64,000 bases of DNA from Minisyncoccota bacterium (GTDB lineage: Bacteria; Patescibacteriota; Minisyncoccia; Phycocordibacterales; UBA6065). Below are positions 11,468-21,069 of the stretch, in pieces. The stretch covers positions 70,205 to 134,204 of the forward strand of contig DASTLR010000007.1 in NCBI GenBank assembly GCA_035714745.1, given 5' to 3'. Position numbers and translations under genes: made by a program. Position 1 is the first letter of the stretch, and every line of letters starts with the position of its first letter. The notes beneath the pieces are model-generated. The model made no database searches. It was not told where the DNA came from and saw only the letters and a list, made by a program, of their open reading frames with translations.

Positions 11468-12292
11468 TTATAGCGCCAAATACGAGATTAAGGTCCAGAA
11501 ATCCAGCCCAAGGACATAGACGATGAGAAAGGCGACCAGCATGAACGGACCAAAAGGCACCTGGCTGCCCATGCCCAGGGATGCGGAGCGGCGGAATACA
11601 CGCTGCAGAGCCATGATGGCCAGCGTGGCCGCGGCGCCGATCCAGAACGACAGCAGAAAGGCCGAGAGGCCTTGGCCGAGGCCCAGCGCCCACCCCATCG
11701 ACAGGGCCAGCTTGCCGTCGCCCAGGCCCATCCAGCGGCCGCGCGAAAATGACCAGAGGGACCAGAAGAACAAAAAGAACAGCGGGCCAGACAGGATACG
11801 AAGCCCGAAATCCAGAGGATGAAGCCCGGGACCGATGCTCGGTCCGATACCGAGAAAGATGATGCCGAGGGCGATGAGAGCGGCGCCATACGAGAAGAAG
11901 TCGGGGATGATCTTGTGCCGCAGGTCGTAGGCGAAGATGACGACATAGAAGCAGAGCAAAGCTGCCCAGAGCAAGAATTCGACGGGGGCGTCCGACCGCG
12001 CATACGCCGCGACGAAGCAAAGGCCGGTGGAGAGCTCTACGAGCGGATACTGCCACGAGATCTTGCTCCCGCAACCCTTGCATTTCCCCCTCTGGGCCAG
12101 GAAGCTGGCCAAAGGGATCAGCTCCCGCCAGCCCAGTTCCTTGCCGCAAGAAAAGCAGCCCGACCTCCCGCGGGCTATGGACATGCCGGTATTGAAGCGC
12201 AGGATGACGACATTCAGGAAGCTGCCGACAAGGAGGCCAAAGACAAAGAGCGCGGAGAGGACAAGGATCGCAGGGAATACCAGATGAGGCAT
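11468..12292 (-). CDS. pilD: Prepilin leader peptidase / N-methyltransferase (peptidase A24, PilD)
   Basis: N-terminal Zn-binding CxxC..CxxC (CFSCG...CKGCG). Catalytic Asp motifs AYDLRHKIIPD and GLGDGKL. Eight TM helices. Confidence 0.85.
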   Translation of the reverse strand: MPHLVFPAILVLSALFVFGLLVGSFLNVVILRFNTGMSIARGRSGCFSCGKELGWRELIPLASFLAQRGKCKGCGSKISWQYPLVELSTGLCFVAAYARSDAPVEFLLWAALLCFYVVIFAYDLRHKIIPDFFSYGAALIALGIIFLGIGPSIGPGLHPLDFGLRILSGPLFFLFFWSLWSFSRGRWMGLGDGKLALSMGWALGLGQGLSAFLLSFWIGAAATLAIMALQRVFRRSASLGMGSQVPFGPFMLVAFLIVYVLGLDFWTLISYLAL

Positions 12293-12293
12293 A

Positions 12294-12728
12294 TCAAATA
12301 TTTGGTACCGATCTGTAGTTCGAATTCGGCAGGGCTGTGTTGCAGGTCGCGTTCGTGGTCACGTTGTCGTTCGGCGCGCTCGAAACGTCGTCGAGCTTTG
12401 CCCCGATGCAGTAGCTTTTGTCGCCGTTATAGGACGCATATTCATACGTCCCGCCCCCGGGGTCGCTCGGCAGCTCGGGCAGATATTTATCCGTGACCAG
12501 GACGCCCAGCGGGGCCATGCCCGTACCGGACGGATAGGCTTTGTTCACTTCGTAATACAGAGCCAAGCCGAGCTGGATCTCCTTCATATCGCTGACCCTG
12601 CGCGTATCGCGGGCCTTGGCCCTAGAGACCGTGGTCGAGGCCAGGACGATGCCCGTCAAAAAGCCCGTGATGGCGAGGACAAGCAGTATCTCGATAAGGG
12701 TGAAGCCGTCGGCGCGAGGTCTTTTCAT
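12294..12728 (-). CDS. Type IV pilin-like protein (GFTLIEILLVLAITG)
   Basis: Prepilin-type N-terminal cleavage/methylation domain. 144 aa. Confidence 0.8.
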   Translation of the reverse strand: MKRPRADGFTLIEILLVLAITGFLTGIVLASTTVSRAKARDTRRVSDMKEIQLGLALYYEVNKAYPSGTGMAPLGVLVTDKYLPELPSDPGGGTYEYASYNGDKSYCIGAKLDDVSSAPNDNVTTNATCNTALPNSNYRSVPNI

Positions 12729-12750
12729 AAGGCGGGGGCCGGCTACGGCG

Positions 12751-13173
12751 CTATTGGCAGAGCCCGGCGCTCGACGTCAGCGTGCCGACCTTGAACACGC
12801 CCTGGCTGTTATCCGCGCACAAGACGCTGCCTCCCTTGAGGGATACCGATACGGCCCATTTCGTGCCGCTGGAATCTGTCGAGCAGGTCGGGCTGCCCGC
12901 CGCGTTGCTCTGGATATTGGCGATGATGGCCGCGGCTTTGGCGCTCGTAAAGAAATGCGTCCCCGACGTGCAGCTCGAGACCGATGTTCCCAGGGACGAA
13001 GCCGTATCCAGATAGTTCTGTCCCTCGACGTAGAGCTGCTTCATGCCGGCCTTTGCGGCGGCGTCATAGTTCTTCGTCCGGGCAGAATTAAGCGAAGCCA
13101 GCACGACCGAGGACAGGATGCCTATGATCGCGATGACGACAAGAAGTTCGATGAGGGTGAATCCTTTTTTCAT
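12751..13173 (-). CDS. pilA: Type IV pilin (PilA-like), paralog 1
   Basis: [33 protein letters not shown]-terminal Cys pair. Shares a near-identical 5' region with the gene at 13234..13722. Confidence 0.85.
   Translation of the reverse strand: MKKGFTLIELLVVIAIIGILSSVVLASLNSARTKNYDAAAKAGMKQLYVEGQNYLDTASSLGTSVSSCTSGTHFFTSAKAAAIIANIQSNAAGSPTCSTDSSGTKWAVSVSLKGGSVLCADNSQGVFKVGTLTSSAGLCQ
13088..13162. repeat. ~75-bp near-identical DNA repeat shared by the 5' ends of the two major pilin paralogs (second copy at 13631-13705)
   Basis: TTAAGCGAAGCCAGCACGACCGAGGACAGGATGCCTATGATCGCGATGACGAC..GGTGAA occurs in both copies with about five mismatches. It encodes the shared [26 protein letters not shown]. 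Confidence 0.8.
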
Positions 13174-13180
13174 GTAGTTT

Positions 13181-13186
13181 AGTATA
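13181..13186 (-). promoter_or_regulatory. -10 box TATACT 8 nt upstream of the pilin paralog 1 ATG (near-leaderless)
   Basis: Reverse complement TATACT, located just after the upstream terminator hairpin. Confidence 0.35.
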
Positions 13187-13189
13187 GCA

Positions 13190-13216
13190 AAAGAAAGCCG
13201 CCCTGTGAGGGTGGCT
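13190..13216 (-). terminator. Intrinsic terminator after pilin paralog 2
   Basis: On the minus strand: GCCACCCT-cac-AGGGCGGC followed by TTTCTTTT. Confidence 0.6.
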
Positions 13217-13233
13217 TTCCCGCCGCGATGCGG

Positions 13234-13722
13234 CTAGATGCAGGCTCCGGACGATACGCCCGTCGAAGGCGTGTCAGCCGTGATGGTGACCTGCTTCGAG
13301 GCTCCCGTGGAATCGACGCACCACGCCGTGGTGTTCGAAGCCTTGAGCTGCGCTACGACCGCCCAGGCAGTAGCGGGGTTGGCGTTCAGGGCACAATATA
13401 CCTTTCCGGTTCCGGCAGAGCTTACCGCTCCCGCGACCTGGTTCTTGATGGTGGTGTCTGCGTAAAGGGTCGAGGTAAGGGCGGCGCAGCCGGTGTTCAC
13501 GACGGCAGTGGCGGTCAGCGTCGCGTTAGCGCCGTAGTTGCCGTTCGAATCATAATAGATCTCCGCCTGAGGCCTGATCGAGGCAAGCTGGGATTTGATG
13601 GCCGAATCCGAGCCCTTTGCGCGGGCGGTGTTAAGCGAAGCCAGCACGACCGAGGACAGGATGCCTATGATCGCGATGACGACGAGGAGTTCGATAAGGG
13701 TGAAACCCTGTCTCTTGTTCAT
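13234..13722 (-). CDS. pilA: Type IV pilin (PilA-like), paralog 2 (first pilin of the operon, probable major pilin)
   Basis: [35 protein letters not shown]-terminal Cys pair. Has its own promoter and a strong terminator. Confidence 0.85.
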   Translation of the reverse strand: MNKRQGFTLIELLVVIAIIGILSSVVLASLNTARAKGSDSAIKSQLASIRPQAEIYYDSNGNYGANATLTATAVVNTGCAALTSTLYADTTIKNQVAGAVSSAGTGKVYCALNANPATAWAVVAQLKASNTTAWCVDSTGASKQVTITADTPSTGVSSGACI

Positions 13723-13760
13723 GTCTGAATGATTAAATGATAATGCCTTTAAGCTCTTAT

Positions 13761-13768
13761 AGTATACA
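13761..13768 (-). promoter_or_regulatory. Extended -10 promoter (TGnTATACT) for pilin paralog 2, with a TTGACC 20 nt upstream
   Basis: The reverse complement of 13761-13768 is TGTATACT. A ~40-nt AT-rich leader follows. Confidence 0.4.
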
Positions 13769-13829
13769 GAATCCTTGATTTATAAGGGTCAAGGGGCTGG
13801 GGATAACCCATTTAAACCCTTTTACGCCC

Positions 13830-15038
13830 TTACGAGATATTGGACGAGATGTTATATATAGGGATCAGCACGGAAGCGAGCAGGAATCCCACGCCCAGGC
13901 CGAGCAAGACGATCATGGCCGGCTCGATCAGGTCTACCAGGGTATCGACGGCGTTTATGACCTCCCTGCTGTAAAAGGCCGAAAGGGTCTTCAATATCTT
14001 GCCCAATTCGCCGGATTCCTCGCCCACCTTGATCATCTGGATCATCATGCCGGGAATCACTTTTTTGCCGGACAGGGCATCGGAGACCGATTTTCCGCCT
14101 TTAACCTCTTCGGTGGCGTCGTTCAGGACCTTCTTGTAGATCTCGTTGGAGACCACGCCAGAGGTCAGCTCCAGGGCTCGCACCATCGGGATCCCCGAGA
14201 TGATCATGGTATTCATGTTATCCGATATGCGAGAAAGGTAGAGCTTCTGATAGAGGTTCTTGACGTACGGGACCCGGATCTTTAGGTCGTCGAGGGCCAC
14301 CTTTCCCGTCGGCGTGCGGAAGAAGCGGAACAGGAACACGGCCACGACGATCAAAAGCGGCACGGCGAATATGCCATACGTCGTCAATATGTGCGAGAAG
14401 CCGATGACGAAGCGGGTGTAGAGCGGTATCTCCTGGCCTGATTCGGTCAGGATGGTAGATATCTTCGGTATGACCACGGTCAGCATCAGGATCATGACGG
14501 TAAAGAAGGTCATGATGACGAAGGCGGGATAGATCAGGGCGTTGCGCGCCTTGGAGTTCACCTCGTAGGTCCTGTCCAGGTAGTCGGCCAGGAAGATGAA
14601 GACTTCGTCGAGCTTACCGGACTCCTCGCCCGAGCGGACCATATTCACATAGAACTCGCTAAATATCTTTGGGTGCTTGGAGAGCGCCTTCGATATCGAG
14701 CTGCCGGCCTGCAGCTCGTCCGCGATCAGGGTCAAGGCCTTGCCCAGGGCCTTGTTCTCGACCTCGGCGGCGATCAGGCGGAAGACGCGCAAGGCCGAGA
14801 CCTGGGCCTCGAACAGCGTCGCCAGCTGGCGCGAGAGGACGACCACGTCCTTGTTCGAAACCCCCGAGAAGAGAGAGATGTCGTGCTGGAAGAACGGCAC
14901 CTTGCCGGCATCGGCGATGTTCTTGATGACTAATCCCCGCCTCTGCAGCGAGGTGATGGCGACGTCGACGTTAATGGCGTCGATCGAGCCCTTCGACTCG
15001 TTGCCCGACTGGTCTACTGCGCTGTAGTTGAATAGCAT
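13830..15038 (-). CDS. pilC: Type IV pilus platform protein PilC (GspF family)
   Basis: 402 aa with two GspF-type domains and three TM segments. Confidence 0.85.
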   Translation of the reverse strand: MLFNYSAVDQSGNESKGSIDAINVDVAITSLQRRGLVIKNIADAGKVPFFQHDISLFSGVSNKDVVVLSRQLATLFEAQVSALRVFRLIAAEVENKALGKALTLIADELQAGSSISKALSKHPKIFSEFYVNMVRSGEESGKLDEVFIFLADYLDRTYEVNSKARNALIYPAFVIMTFFTVMILMLTVVIPKISTILTESGQEIPLYTRFVIGFSHILTTYGIFAVPLLIVVAVFLFRFFRTPTGKVALDDLKIRVPYVKNLYQKLYLSRISDNMNTMIISGIPMVRALELTSGVVSNEIYKKVLNDATEEVKGGKSVSDALSGKKVIPGMMIQMIKVGEESGELGKILKTLSAFYSREVINAVDTLVDLIEPAMIVLLGLGVGFLLASVLIPIYNISSNIS

Positions 15039-15053
15039 GGGTGTGAGATGTGG

Positions 15054-16127
15054 TTACATGAGCCTCTCGAGGACCTTTGGGTTCGGCGAATACAGATAGG
15101 CGTTCTCGGCGGTGATCTGGCCTCGGCGGACCAGCTCGGCCAGCGAGCGGTTCATGTCTATCATGCCCTGGTCCAGGCCCGTCTCGATGACCGTGGTTAT
15201 CTCGTGCACGCGCCGCTCGCGGATCAGATTCTGCACGGCCGGCGTCGATACCAGGAGCTCGTAGGCCGGGACCAGCCCTCCCGAGATCGACGGGATGAGG
15301 CGCTGGGAGAATATGCCCGTCAGAGTGGCCGCTAGCTGGATGCGGATCTGGTCCTGCTGGGCGGCCGGGAACGAATCGATGATGCGGTTGATGGTCTGCG
15401 AGGCGTTATTGGTATGGAGGGTGGAAAAGACCAGGTGACCGGTCTCGGCGGCGGTCACCGCCGTGGCCATGGTCTCGATGCCGCGCATCTCGCCGATGAG
15501 GATGACGTCGACGTCCTCGCGAAAGACCGAGCGCAAGGCCGTCGAGAAGTCCAAGGTATCCAGCCTGACCTCGCGCTGATCGATCATGGACTTCTTCTGC
15601 TCGTAGATGTATTCGATCGGATCCTCGATGGTGATGATGTGCTCGGCGCGGGTCTCGTTGATGCGCTCGATCATGGCGGCCAGGGTCGTGGTCTTGCCGT
15701 GCCCTACAGGGCCAACGACCAGGAAGAAGCCCTGCTGCTTCTCGACGAAGGTCTCGAGCACCGGCGGCAGGTTCAGCTCCTCGAACGAGCGGATCTTCTT
15801 CGGTATCAGGCGAAAGGCGAACGAGATGCGGCCCTGCTGGAAATAGCCGTTGCCGCGGAAGCGCGCCTTGTCTCCGTAGCTGTACGAGAAGTCGATCTCC
15901 TTGTTCCTTTGGAAAAGCTCGGCATCCTCGGGAGTGAGGACCGCGGGGATGTAGCCGATCATGTCCTCTTTGGTCAGGATCCTGCGATTCATCAAAGGGA
16001 TGAGGAAACCCGCCACGCGGACCGTGGGATACCTGCCCACCGACAGATGCAGGTCCGAGGCGGACTCCTTCATGACGGTCTCGACAAGCTCCTCGAACTC
16101 CTTCTTATAGTCGATGTTTGGCTGCAT
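15054..16127 (-). CDS. pilT: Type IV pilus retraction ATPase PilT
   Basis: Walker A GPVGHGKTTT. PilT signature AVQNLIRERRVHEI. 357 aa. Confidence 0.85.
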   Translation of the reverse strand: MQPNIDYKKEFEELVETVMKESASDLHLSVGRYPTVRVAGFLIPLMNRRILTKEDMIGYIPAVLTPEDAELFQRNKEIDFSYSYGDKARFRGNGYFQQGRISFAFRLIPKKIRSFEELNLPPVLETFVEKQQGFFLVVGPVGHGKTTTLAAMIERINETRAEHIITIEDPIEYIYEQKKSMIDQREVRLDTLDFSTALRSVFREDVDVILIGEMRGIETMATAVTAAETGHLVFSTLHTNNASQTINRIIDSFPAAQQDQIRIQLAATLTGIFSQRLIPSISGGLVPAYELLVSTPAVQNLIRERRVHEITTVIETGLDQGMIDMNRSLAELVRRGQITAENAYLYSPNPKVLERLM

Positions 16128-16527
16128 AGATCTTTTCTACTTCGTGCAGTACCTCGGAAGGGATGGTGGCGGCCTTGACGATGTAACCGTCGACCCCCAG
16201 CTCCTTGGCGCGTTCGATGTCGGACGATTGGCTCTGGTTGGTCAGCATGATGACGATAGAATCCTGGACAAGCTTCTCCGCGCGGATGGTCTTGAGCAGC
16301 TCCAAGCCGTCCATATACGGCATGACGATGTCCAAAAGAAGGATATCCGGCTTGGCCCCTCCGCGAAGCTTCTCCAGTGCGGCCAGCGATCCCACGCCGG
16401 TATCGACGTCATAGCCGTTATTGACGAACTTCAGCGAATACATGCCCAAGAGGAACTTATCGTCGTCGACGATCATCACTTTGATGCCCTTCTTCGGCAC
16501 GTTCTTGGTTGGTTGTACTGGTGGCAT
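16105..16527 (-). CDS. Single-domain response regulator (CheY-like receiver, PilH/PilG-like)
   Basis: MIVDDDKFLL...LLLDIVMPYMDG (phospho-acceptor Asp) ...KAATIPS. The start is ambiguous between the M at 16527 and the M at 16476. Confidence 0.75.
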   Translation of the reverse strand: MPPVQPTKNVPKKGIKVMIVDDDKFLLGMYSLKFVNNGYDVDTGVGSLAALEKLRGGAKPDILLLDIVMPYMDGLELLKTIRAEKLVQDSIVIMLTNQSQSSDIERAKELGVDGYIVKAATIPSEVLHEVEKIYAAKHRL

Positions 16528-16544
16528 ATAGGGGATTTTTGCTT

Positions 16545-16553
16545 GGGGTTAGT
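16545..16553 (-). promoter_or_regulatory. Extended -10 (TGCTATACT) upstream of the receiver gene
   Basis: The reverse complement reads GTGCTATACT about 24 nt before the ATG at 16527. Confidence 0.35.
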
Positions 16554-16567
16554 ATAGCACGCGGCGG

Positions 16568-18277
16568 CTAGAGCCTATTCACCTCGCTCCATGGGATCTC
16601 CTTCCTAAAGGCCTTGAACATGGCGTCCTCCCTCATGGTCGTCATGCCCTTTGCTCGAGCCATCTTGTAGATGGTCTGCTCGTCTGAATTTGCGAGGATG
16701 GCCCTCTCGAGGTCTTTGTCCATCTCGATGACCTCTGCGACGGCCATGCGCCCGCGCGTGCCGGCCGGACAGGTGGCCGAAGGCTGGGCCTCCAGAACGA
16801 CCTTCGGCGTCTGGATCGACTTGCGGTACTGCTCCGGCAGGTCGGCGAACTGCTTCTGGATCATCACTTCGAGCGAGCCCTCGATAGGCACCTCCTTGCC
16901 TCCCTCGCAGAGCTTCGAGACCAGGCGCTGGGCCATGGCCAGGACCAGGGTCGGGGCGATGAGATAGGGATCGACGCCCATGTCCACCAGGCGAGGTATG
17001 ACGCCTATGGCGGTGTTGGTGTGGATGGTCGAAAAGACCAGGTGTCCGGTCAAGGCGGCCTGGATGGCAAGCTGAGCGGTCTCCTTGTCGCGGATCTCGC
17101 CCACCATGATGATGTCAGGGTCCTGGCGCAGGGTCGTGCGCAGTCCCGAGGCAAAGGTATAGCCGATCTCCGGCCTGACCTGGGACTGGTTGACGCCCTC
17201 CATGTTGTACTCGACCGGATCCTCGAGCGAGAGGACGTTCTTGGTCTCGTCGTTGATCTCCTTGAGCATGGCGTAGAGGGTCGTCGATTTACCAGAGCCG
17301 GTCGGGCCCGAGATGAGGATGAGGCCATAGGGGCGCTTCATAGCCTTCCTGATGGCGTCGACGTTGGCCTGAGAGAAGCCTATGTCCTCGAGCGACCGAA
17401 CGCCCTTCTCCTGGTCCAGGATTCGCATGACCACCTTTTCGCCGTAATAGGCCGGGAACGTCGAGACGCGGAAGTCGACCTTGCGGCCCTCGATGCGCGC
17501 CGAGAAGCGGCCGTCCTGCGGCTTGCGCTTCTCATCCAGCTTCATGTTGGAGAGGATCTTGATGCGGGCCACAACCGCGTCATGGACCTTGACCGGCAGG
17601 ACGAGCGACGTATGCAGGTCGCCGTCCACGCGGAAGCGCACGCGGACCTTGTCCGCAAGCCTCTCGATATGGATGTCCGAGGCGTTGCCTTCGACGGCAT
17701 AGCGCAGGATAGTGGCCACGATCTTGGTCACGGGGGCGTCCTCGATGATGACCGCTCCGCCGCCCTTGCCCGCCTCGCCTTCCTCTCCTGCCTCGGCGTC
17801 GACATCGGCGATGTCGGTCTCCAGCTCGTCCAACGCCTTGGTCACCTCGCCCGAGAGGCCCTTGTAGAGGGTGACGGCCTCCTGGAAGTCCTCCTCGGAG
17901 ATGAGGAAGACCTTGAAAGGCATGTTGACCTTCGAGGCGATGAAGTTCAGGGCGTCGCGGGCTTCGATGTCGTCAGGGTCGACCATGCCCACCTCCAGCA
18001 CGCTCTGCCTGACCGCAAGCGGTATCAGGCGATAATGGACGGCCGACTCCTCGGGGATGAATTTCAGGATATCGAAGGGGATGGTCTGGTCCTTGAGCGA
18101 CCGCGTCGGCACCCCGGCAGCCTCGCCCTTGGCGGCCAGGATAGCGGCGTCGTCCACCCCTTTCTTCTTGAGTACCGCCTCGAGCGGGGCTCCGGTAGAG
18201 CGCGACTCTTCGGCCGCCGAGACAGCGTCTTTCTTCTGCAGTGCGCCTTTGGCTACGAGGATGTCGAGTATGCTCAT
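16568..18277 (-). CDS. pilB: Type IV pilus assembly (extension) ATPase PilB/GspE
   Basis: N-terminal GspII_E_N domain. Walker A GPTGSGKSTT. Tetracysteine motif. 569 aa. Confidence 0.85.
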   Translation of the reverse strand: MSILDILVAKGALQKKDAVSAAEESRSTGAPLEAVLKKKGVDDAAILAAKGEAAGVPTRSLKDQTIPFDILKFIPEESAVHYRLIPLAVRQSVLEVGMVDPDDIEARDALNFIASKVNMPFKVFLISEEDFQEAVTLYKGLSGEVTKALDELETDIADVDAEAGEEGEAGKGGGAVIIEDAPVTKIVATILRYAVEGNASDIHIERLADKVRVRFRVDGDLHTSLVLPVKVHDAVVARIKILSNMKLDEKRKPQDGRFSARIEGRKVDFRVSTFPAYYGEKVVMRILDQEKGVRSLEDIGFSQANVDAIRKAMKRPYGLILISGPTGSGKSTTLYAMLKEINDETKNVLSLEDPVEYNMEGVNQSQVRPEIGYTFASGLRTTLRQDPDIIMVGEIRDKETAQLAIQAALTGHLVFSTIHTNTAIGVIPRLVDMGVDPYLIAPTLVLAMAQRLVSKLCEGGKEVPIEGSLEVMIQKQFADLPEQYRKSIQTPKVVLEAQPSATCPAGTRGRMAVAEVIEMDKDLERAILANSDEQTIYKMARAKGMTTMREDAMFKAFRKEIPWSEVNRL

Positions 18278-18289
18278 GGCGGGGATTCT

Positions 18290-18649
18290 TTACCGAGCGG
18301 GGCTGGTAGACGTCGACGCGGAGCCTGCGCCGGCCGACAGCGGCGCGAACGGATTCTGGCGGTACGGCTCCTCGCTCTGGAGGGTCTGGCCGAAGTCGCG
18401 GATCTGGCCGGACTGCAGAGCCGGGTTGAGCCGCTGGAATATGGAGTCGTCGAGGTGGATCTTGCGCAGCTGCTGGAGAGCCGCCAAGAGGGTGCCGTCG
18501 ATCGGCGCCGGGACGCTGCCCGCGTCGGTAGACGACAGCAGCTCGTCTCCCGATTGGTCGCGAGTGAAATAGAAATATGCCGCCACCGCCACGGCGATAA
18601 GGATGCCGCCGACCGTCAAGAGATTCTTCAGATTTCCTTTTTCTTTCAT
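18290..18649 (-). CDS. Small bitopic membrane protein in the pilMNO-pilB block (PilP-like position)
   Basis: One N-terminal TM helix. 119 aa. Position conserved in T4P operons. Confidence 0.4.
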   Translation of the reverse strand: MKEKGNLKNLLTVGGILIAVAVAAYFYFTRDQSGDELLSSTDAGSVPAPIDGTLLAALQQLRKIHLDDSIFQRLNPALQSGQIRDFGQTLQSEEPYRQNPFAPLSAGAGSASTSTSPAR

Positions 18650-18659
18650 AGCGGTTCGC

Positions 18660-19193
18660 TTATTTAAGCCAATAGGTCTTGACCGTCACCGTATAGTCAT
18701 AGAGCTGGCTCTGGTCGCTTGCCGAGAACTGGATGCCGGTGACGTCGATGATGCGCAAACTCCTCTCCAGGTCGCCCATGAATGCCAGAAAGGTCGCGTA
18801 TGTGGCCGTGGTGGTGAACGACATGGTCAGGGTGCCGTAGGCGCTGTCGCTTTTGCCGATGGTGTCTTTCTTTTCCGTGACGTCGGTCTTGAAGTTCCTG
18901 ATGCGCATGCCGTGGGACTTGGCCATCTCGTCGATGTCGATGACCAGGCGGATATTGTCGATGTTGTCCGGCAGCAGCTTCGCCAGGTTGGCGCGGTCCG
19001 CCTCGGATATGGCGTTATATTTCTTGAGGAGCTTCTCCCTCTCGGCCTGGAGCGACGCCGAGTTGTTCAGGGCGTTGTCGTATTGGGCCTTTTTTTCGGC
19101 AAGGAGCTTCGCCTTGCTATACGCAGGGTCGACATAGCCAAAGAAAAGGCCGATGGATGCGAGTATGAGGATGATGGAGACGATATTGCTCAT
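18660..19193 (-). CDS. pilO: Type IV pilus assembly protein PilO
   Basis: N-terminal TM helix, a coiled coil, then a PilO-like periplasmic domain. Confidence 0.7.
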   Translation of the reverse strand: MSNIVSIILILASIGLFFGYVDPAYSKAKLLAEKKAQYDNALNNSASLQAEREKLLKKYNAISEADRANLAKLLPDNIDNIRLVIDIDEMAKSHGMRIRNFKTDVTEKKDTIGKSDSAYGTLTMSFTTTATYATFLAFMGDLERSLRIIDVTGIQFSASDQSQLYDYTVTVKTYWLK

Positions 19194-19768
19194 CGCGTCT
19201 GTTGGTTAGAGAGAAGGGCTGGGTCGATGTTCGTCGTCAGATTAAAGGCGACGGTGCCTTGCGCCTCCAGGGCCATGTCGGTAAGCAGCGTGCCCGACAG
19301 GCGCTTCTGGGCATTCAAGATGTCAGACTGCAGTGCTACCGCGGAATAGCTGGCCGCCTGGCCTTTCATCGATACGCCGATCTTGTCGGGGGCCAGGTAG
19401 CCGAAGCTGAAGTCCTTGAAGCGGACGCTCTTGAGCGTCACCGACGAGAGGAAATCGAAGAGCGGCGTGACATAGACATGGGACGAGAGCAGCTTTTTGG
19501 CCGTTTCGATGCGGGTATCCAGCCTGACGATCCTGTTGATCGTCTCGGGCTCAAAGGCGGCCTTTGCCCTATCGAGCGAAGCGGCCGCCGAATCGATCTG
19601 CTTCTGCAGGTAGCCTTGGTAGAAATAGACGCCGCCCGCCGCGGCGATGGCGATGGTAAAGACGATGGTCGCCAGCAGGACGAACAGGCTGATCGAAGAG
19701 GACGGCCGCGCCGTCGCCGCCGTTATCGGCTTCTTCGGTATGAACGATGATTGAAATCGAGGATCCAT
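19190..19768 (-). CDS. pilN: Type IV pilus assembly protein PilN
   Basis: Cytoplasmic N-terminus, one TM helix (LFVLLATIVFTIAIAAAG), periplasmic coiled coil. Start taken at MDPRFQ; the tool ORF runs to 19795. Confidence 0.7.
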   Translation of the reverse strand: MDPRFQSSFIPKKPITAATARPSSSISLFVLLATIVFTIAIAAAGGVYFYQGYLQKQIDSAAASLDRAKAAFEPETINRIVRLDTRIETAKKLLSSHVYVTPLFDFLSSVTLKSVRFKDFSFGYLAPDKIGVSMKGQAASYSAVALQSDILNAQKRLSGTLLTDMALEAQGTVAFNLTTNIDPALLSNQQTR

Positions 19769-19850
19769 GATGCAAAGCTGGCGCAGAGGCCGCAAATCAC
19801 TCGCCTATTATACACCCGCCAGGAGCGAAGCTATCCCCATTTGCGACCCC

Positions 19851-21014
19851 CTACTCCGTCTCCTGCAATTTTCTGAGCGCGATGCCGATGGCCACGGCGA
19901 ATTCGGGGCCGGCGGTGCGCAGCACGGGCTCGAGGAAGGCGGGTGCCTCGGTCTTCGCGAAGGGGTCGCCGGCCACCACCTCGGTCTGGAAGCGCGTGCG
20001 GGCCAGATCCAGGAAGCCCTTGAGGAGGGTGCCGCCGCCGGTCAGGATGACCTTTGAGATGCTCTTGTTATACTTGCGCTCGTACGAGCCGATGACGCGA
20101 TTGGTCTCCGAGAAGATATAGTCCAGGTTCAGGGTGACGATCTCTTTGACCGCTTTGTTGTCCGGGTCGGGCGAGAGGCCGATGGTCCTCTTGATATGCT
20201 CGGCGTCCCCCACCGAGACGCCCAGCGAGCGCGAGAGGGCCAGGGTGATCTCCTGGGAACCGCGGTTTATCGTATGCGAGCTGCGCAGGATGCCGCGCTC
20301 GATGACGTTCAGCTTCGTCGTGCCCGCGCCCATGTCAAAGATCATCACCGACTCCAGGGACTGGTCCACGACCGAGCGCATCGAGCTGAAGACCTCGATC
20401 TCATAGAAGGTCGTCTCCAGGGCAGCGCCGCCCGAGATCTGGTTCAGCTTGTTCAGGACGTCGTTATGGATGACGACCAGGAGGACGTCGATGCCCTTGT
20501 CCGGGGGCGTTGCCGCGCCCGGAGCTGCGGATGCCGCCGGCTTCTCGAATTCCGAGAACGACCTCTCCTCCTTTGGCATGACCCACCAGTCCAAGGCCAC
20601 CTCGGTGATCGGCACAGGGATGTATTTGCGCGCCTCGATAGGGATCATAGCGGCCAGCTGCTTCTGATCCATCTCCGGCATGCGGATGAAGGACAGCAGG
20701 CTGGCCGCCGAGGAGATGGCGATGCCCGCGGATTTGGTAGTGACGTTCGACTCCTTGATCAGGTCGCGCAGGGCTTCGACGAGCTTGTCGTTCGGCAGGT
20801 TCGTGGCGCGGCCGATCTCGGTTCCGGCATACGGGCCTAGGGCCAGCTCGCCGTACGTCTCGAGCACGGCTTTGCCGCCCTTCTTGCGAAGCTGGACGAC
20901 CTTTATGGAAGAGGAGCCTATGTCGACGCCCAGGACGCTCTGGCTCTGCTTTTTCAGGAGGTCGCCGAACATCTTTCCTAGGAAAGGAATAGCCATATAG
21001 GGAAAGTATAACAC
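19851..21014 (-). CDS. pilM: Type IV pilus assembly protein PilM (actin-like ATPase fold)
   Basis: LGVDIGSSSIKVVQL N-terminal phosphate-1 motif. 387 aa. The start may be the downstream M at 20972. Confidence 0.8.
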   Translation of the reverse strand: MLYFPYMAIPFLGKMFGDLLKKQSQSVLGVDIGSSSIKVVQLRKKGGKAVLETYGELALGPYAGTEIGRATNLPNDKLVEALRDLIKESNVTTKSAGIAISSAASLLSFIRMPEMDQKQLAAMIPIEARKYIPVPITEVALDWWVMPKEERSFSEFEKPAASAAPGAATPPDKGIDVLLVVIHNDVLNKLNQISGGAALETTFYEIEVFSSMRSVVDQSLESVMIFDMGAGTTKLNVIERGILRSSHTINRGSQEITLALSRSLGVSVGDAEHIKRTIGLSPDPDNKAVKEIVTLNLDYIFSETNRVIGSYERKYNKSISKVILTGGGTLLKGFLDLARTRFQTEVVAGDPFAKTEAPAFLEPVLRTAGPEFAVAIGIALRKLQETE

Positions 21015-21069
21015 GGCAGCGGAGCGCGCGGCGGCCGCGCCGTTTCTTTATCTGGATTTTATCGCCCTC

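Noticed and set aside
17021-18667. 548-aa plus-strand ORF antisense to pilB
   Set aside because: Low-complexity Arg/Asp/Gly-rich product overlapping a gene with strong homology support.
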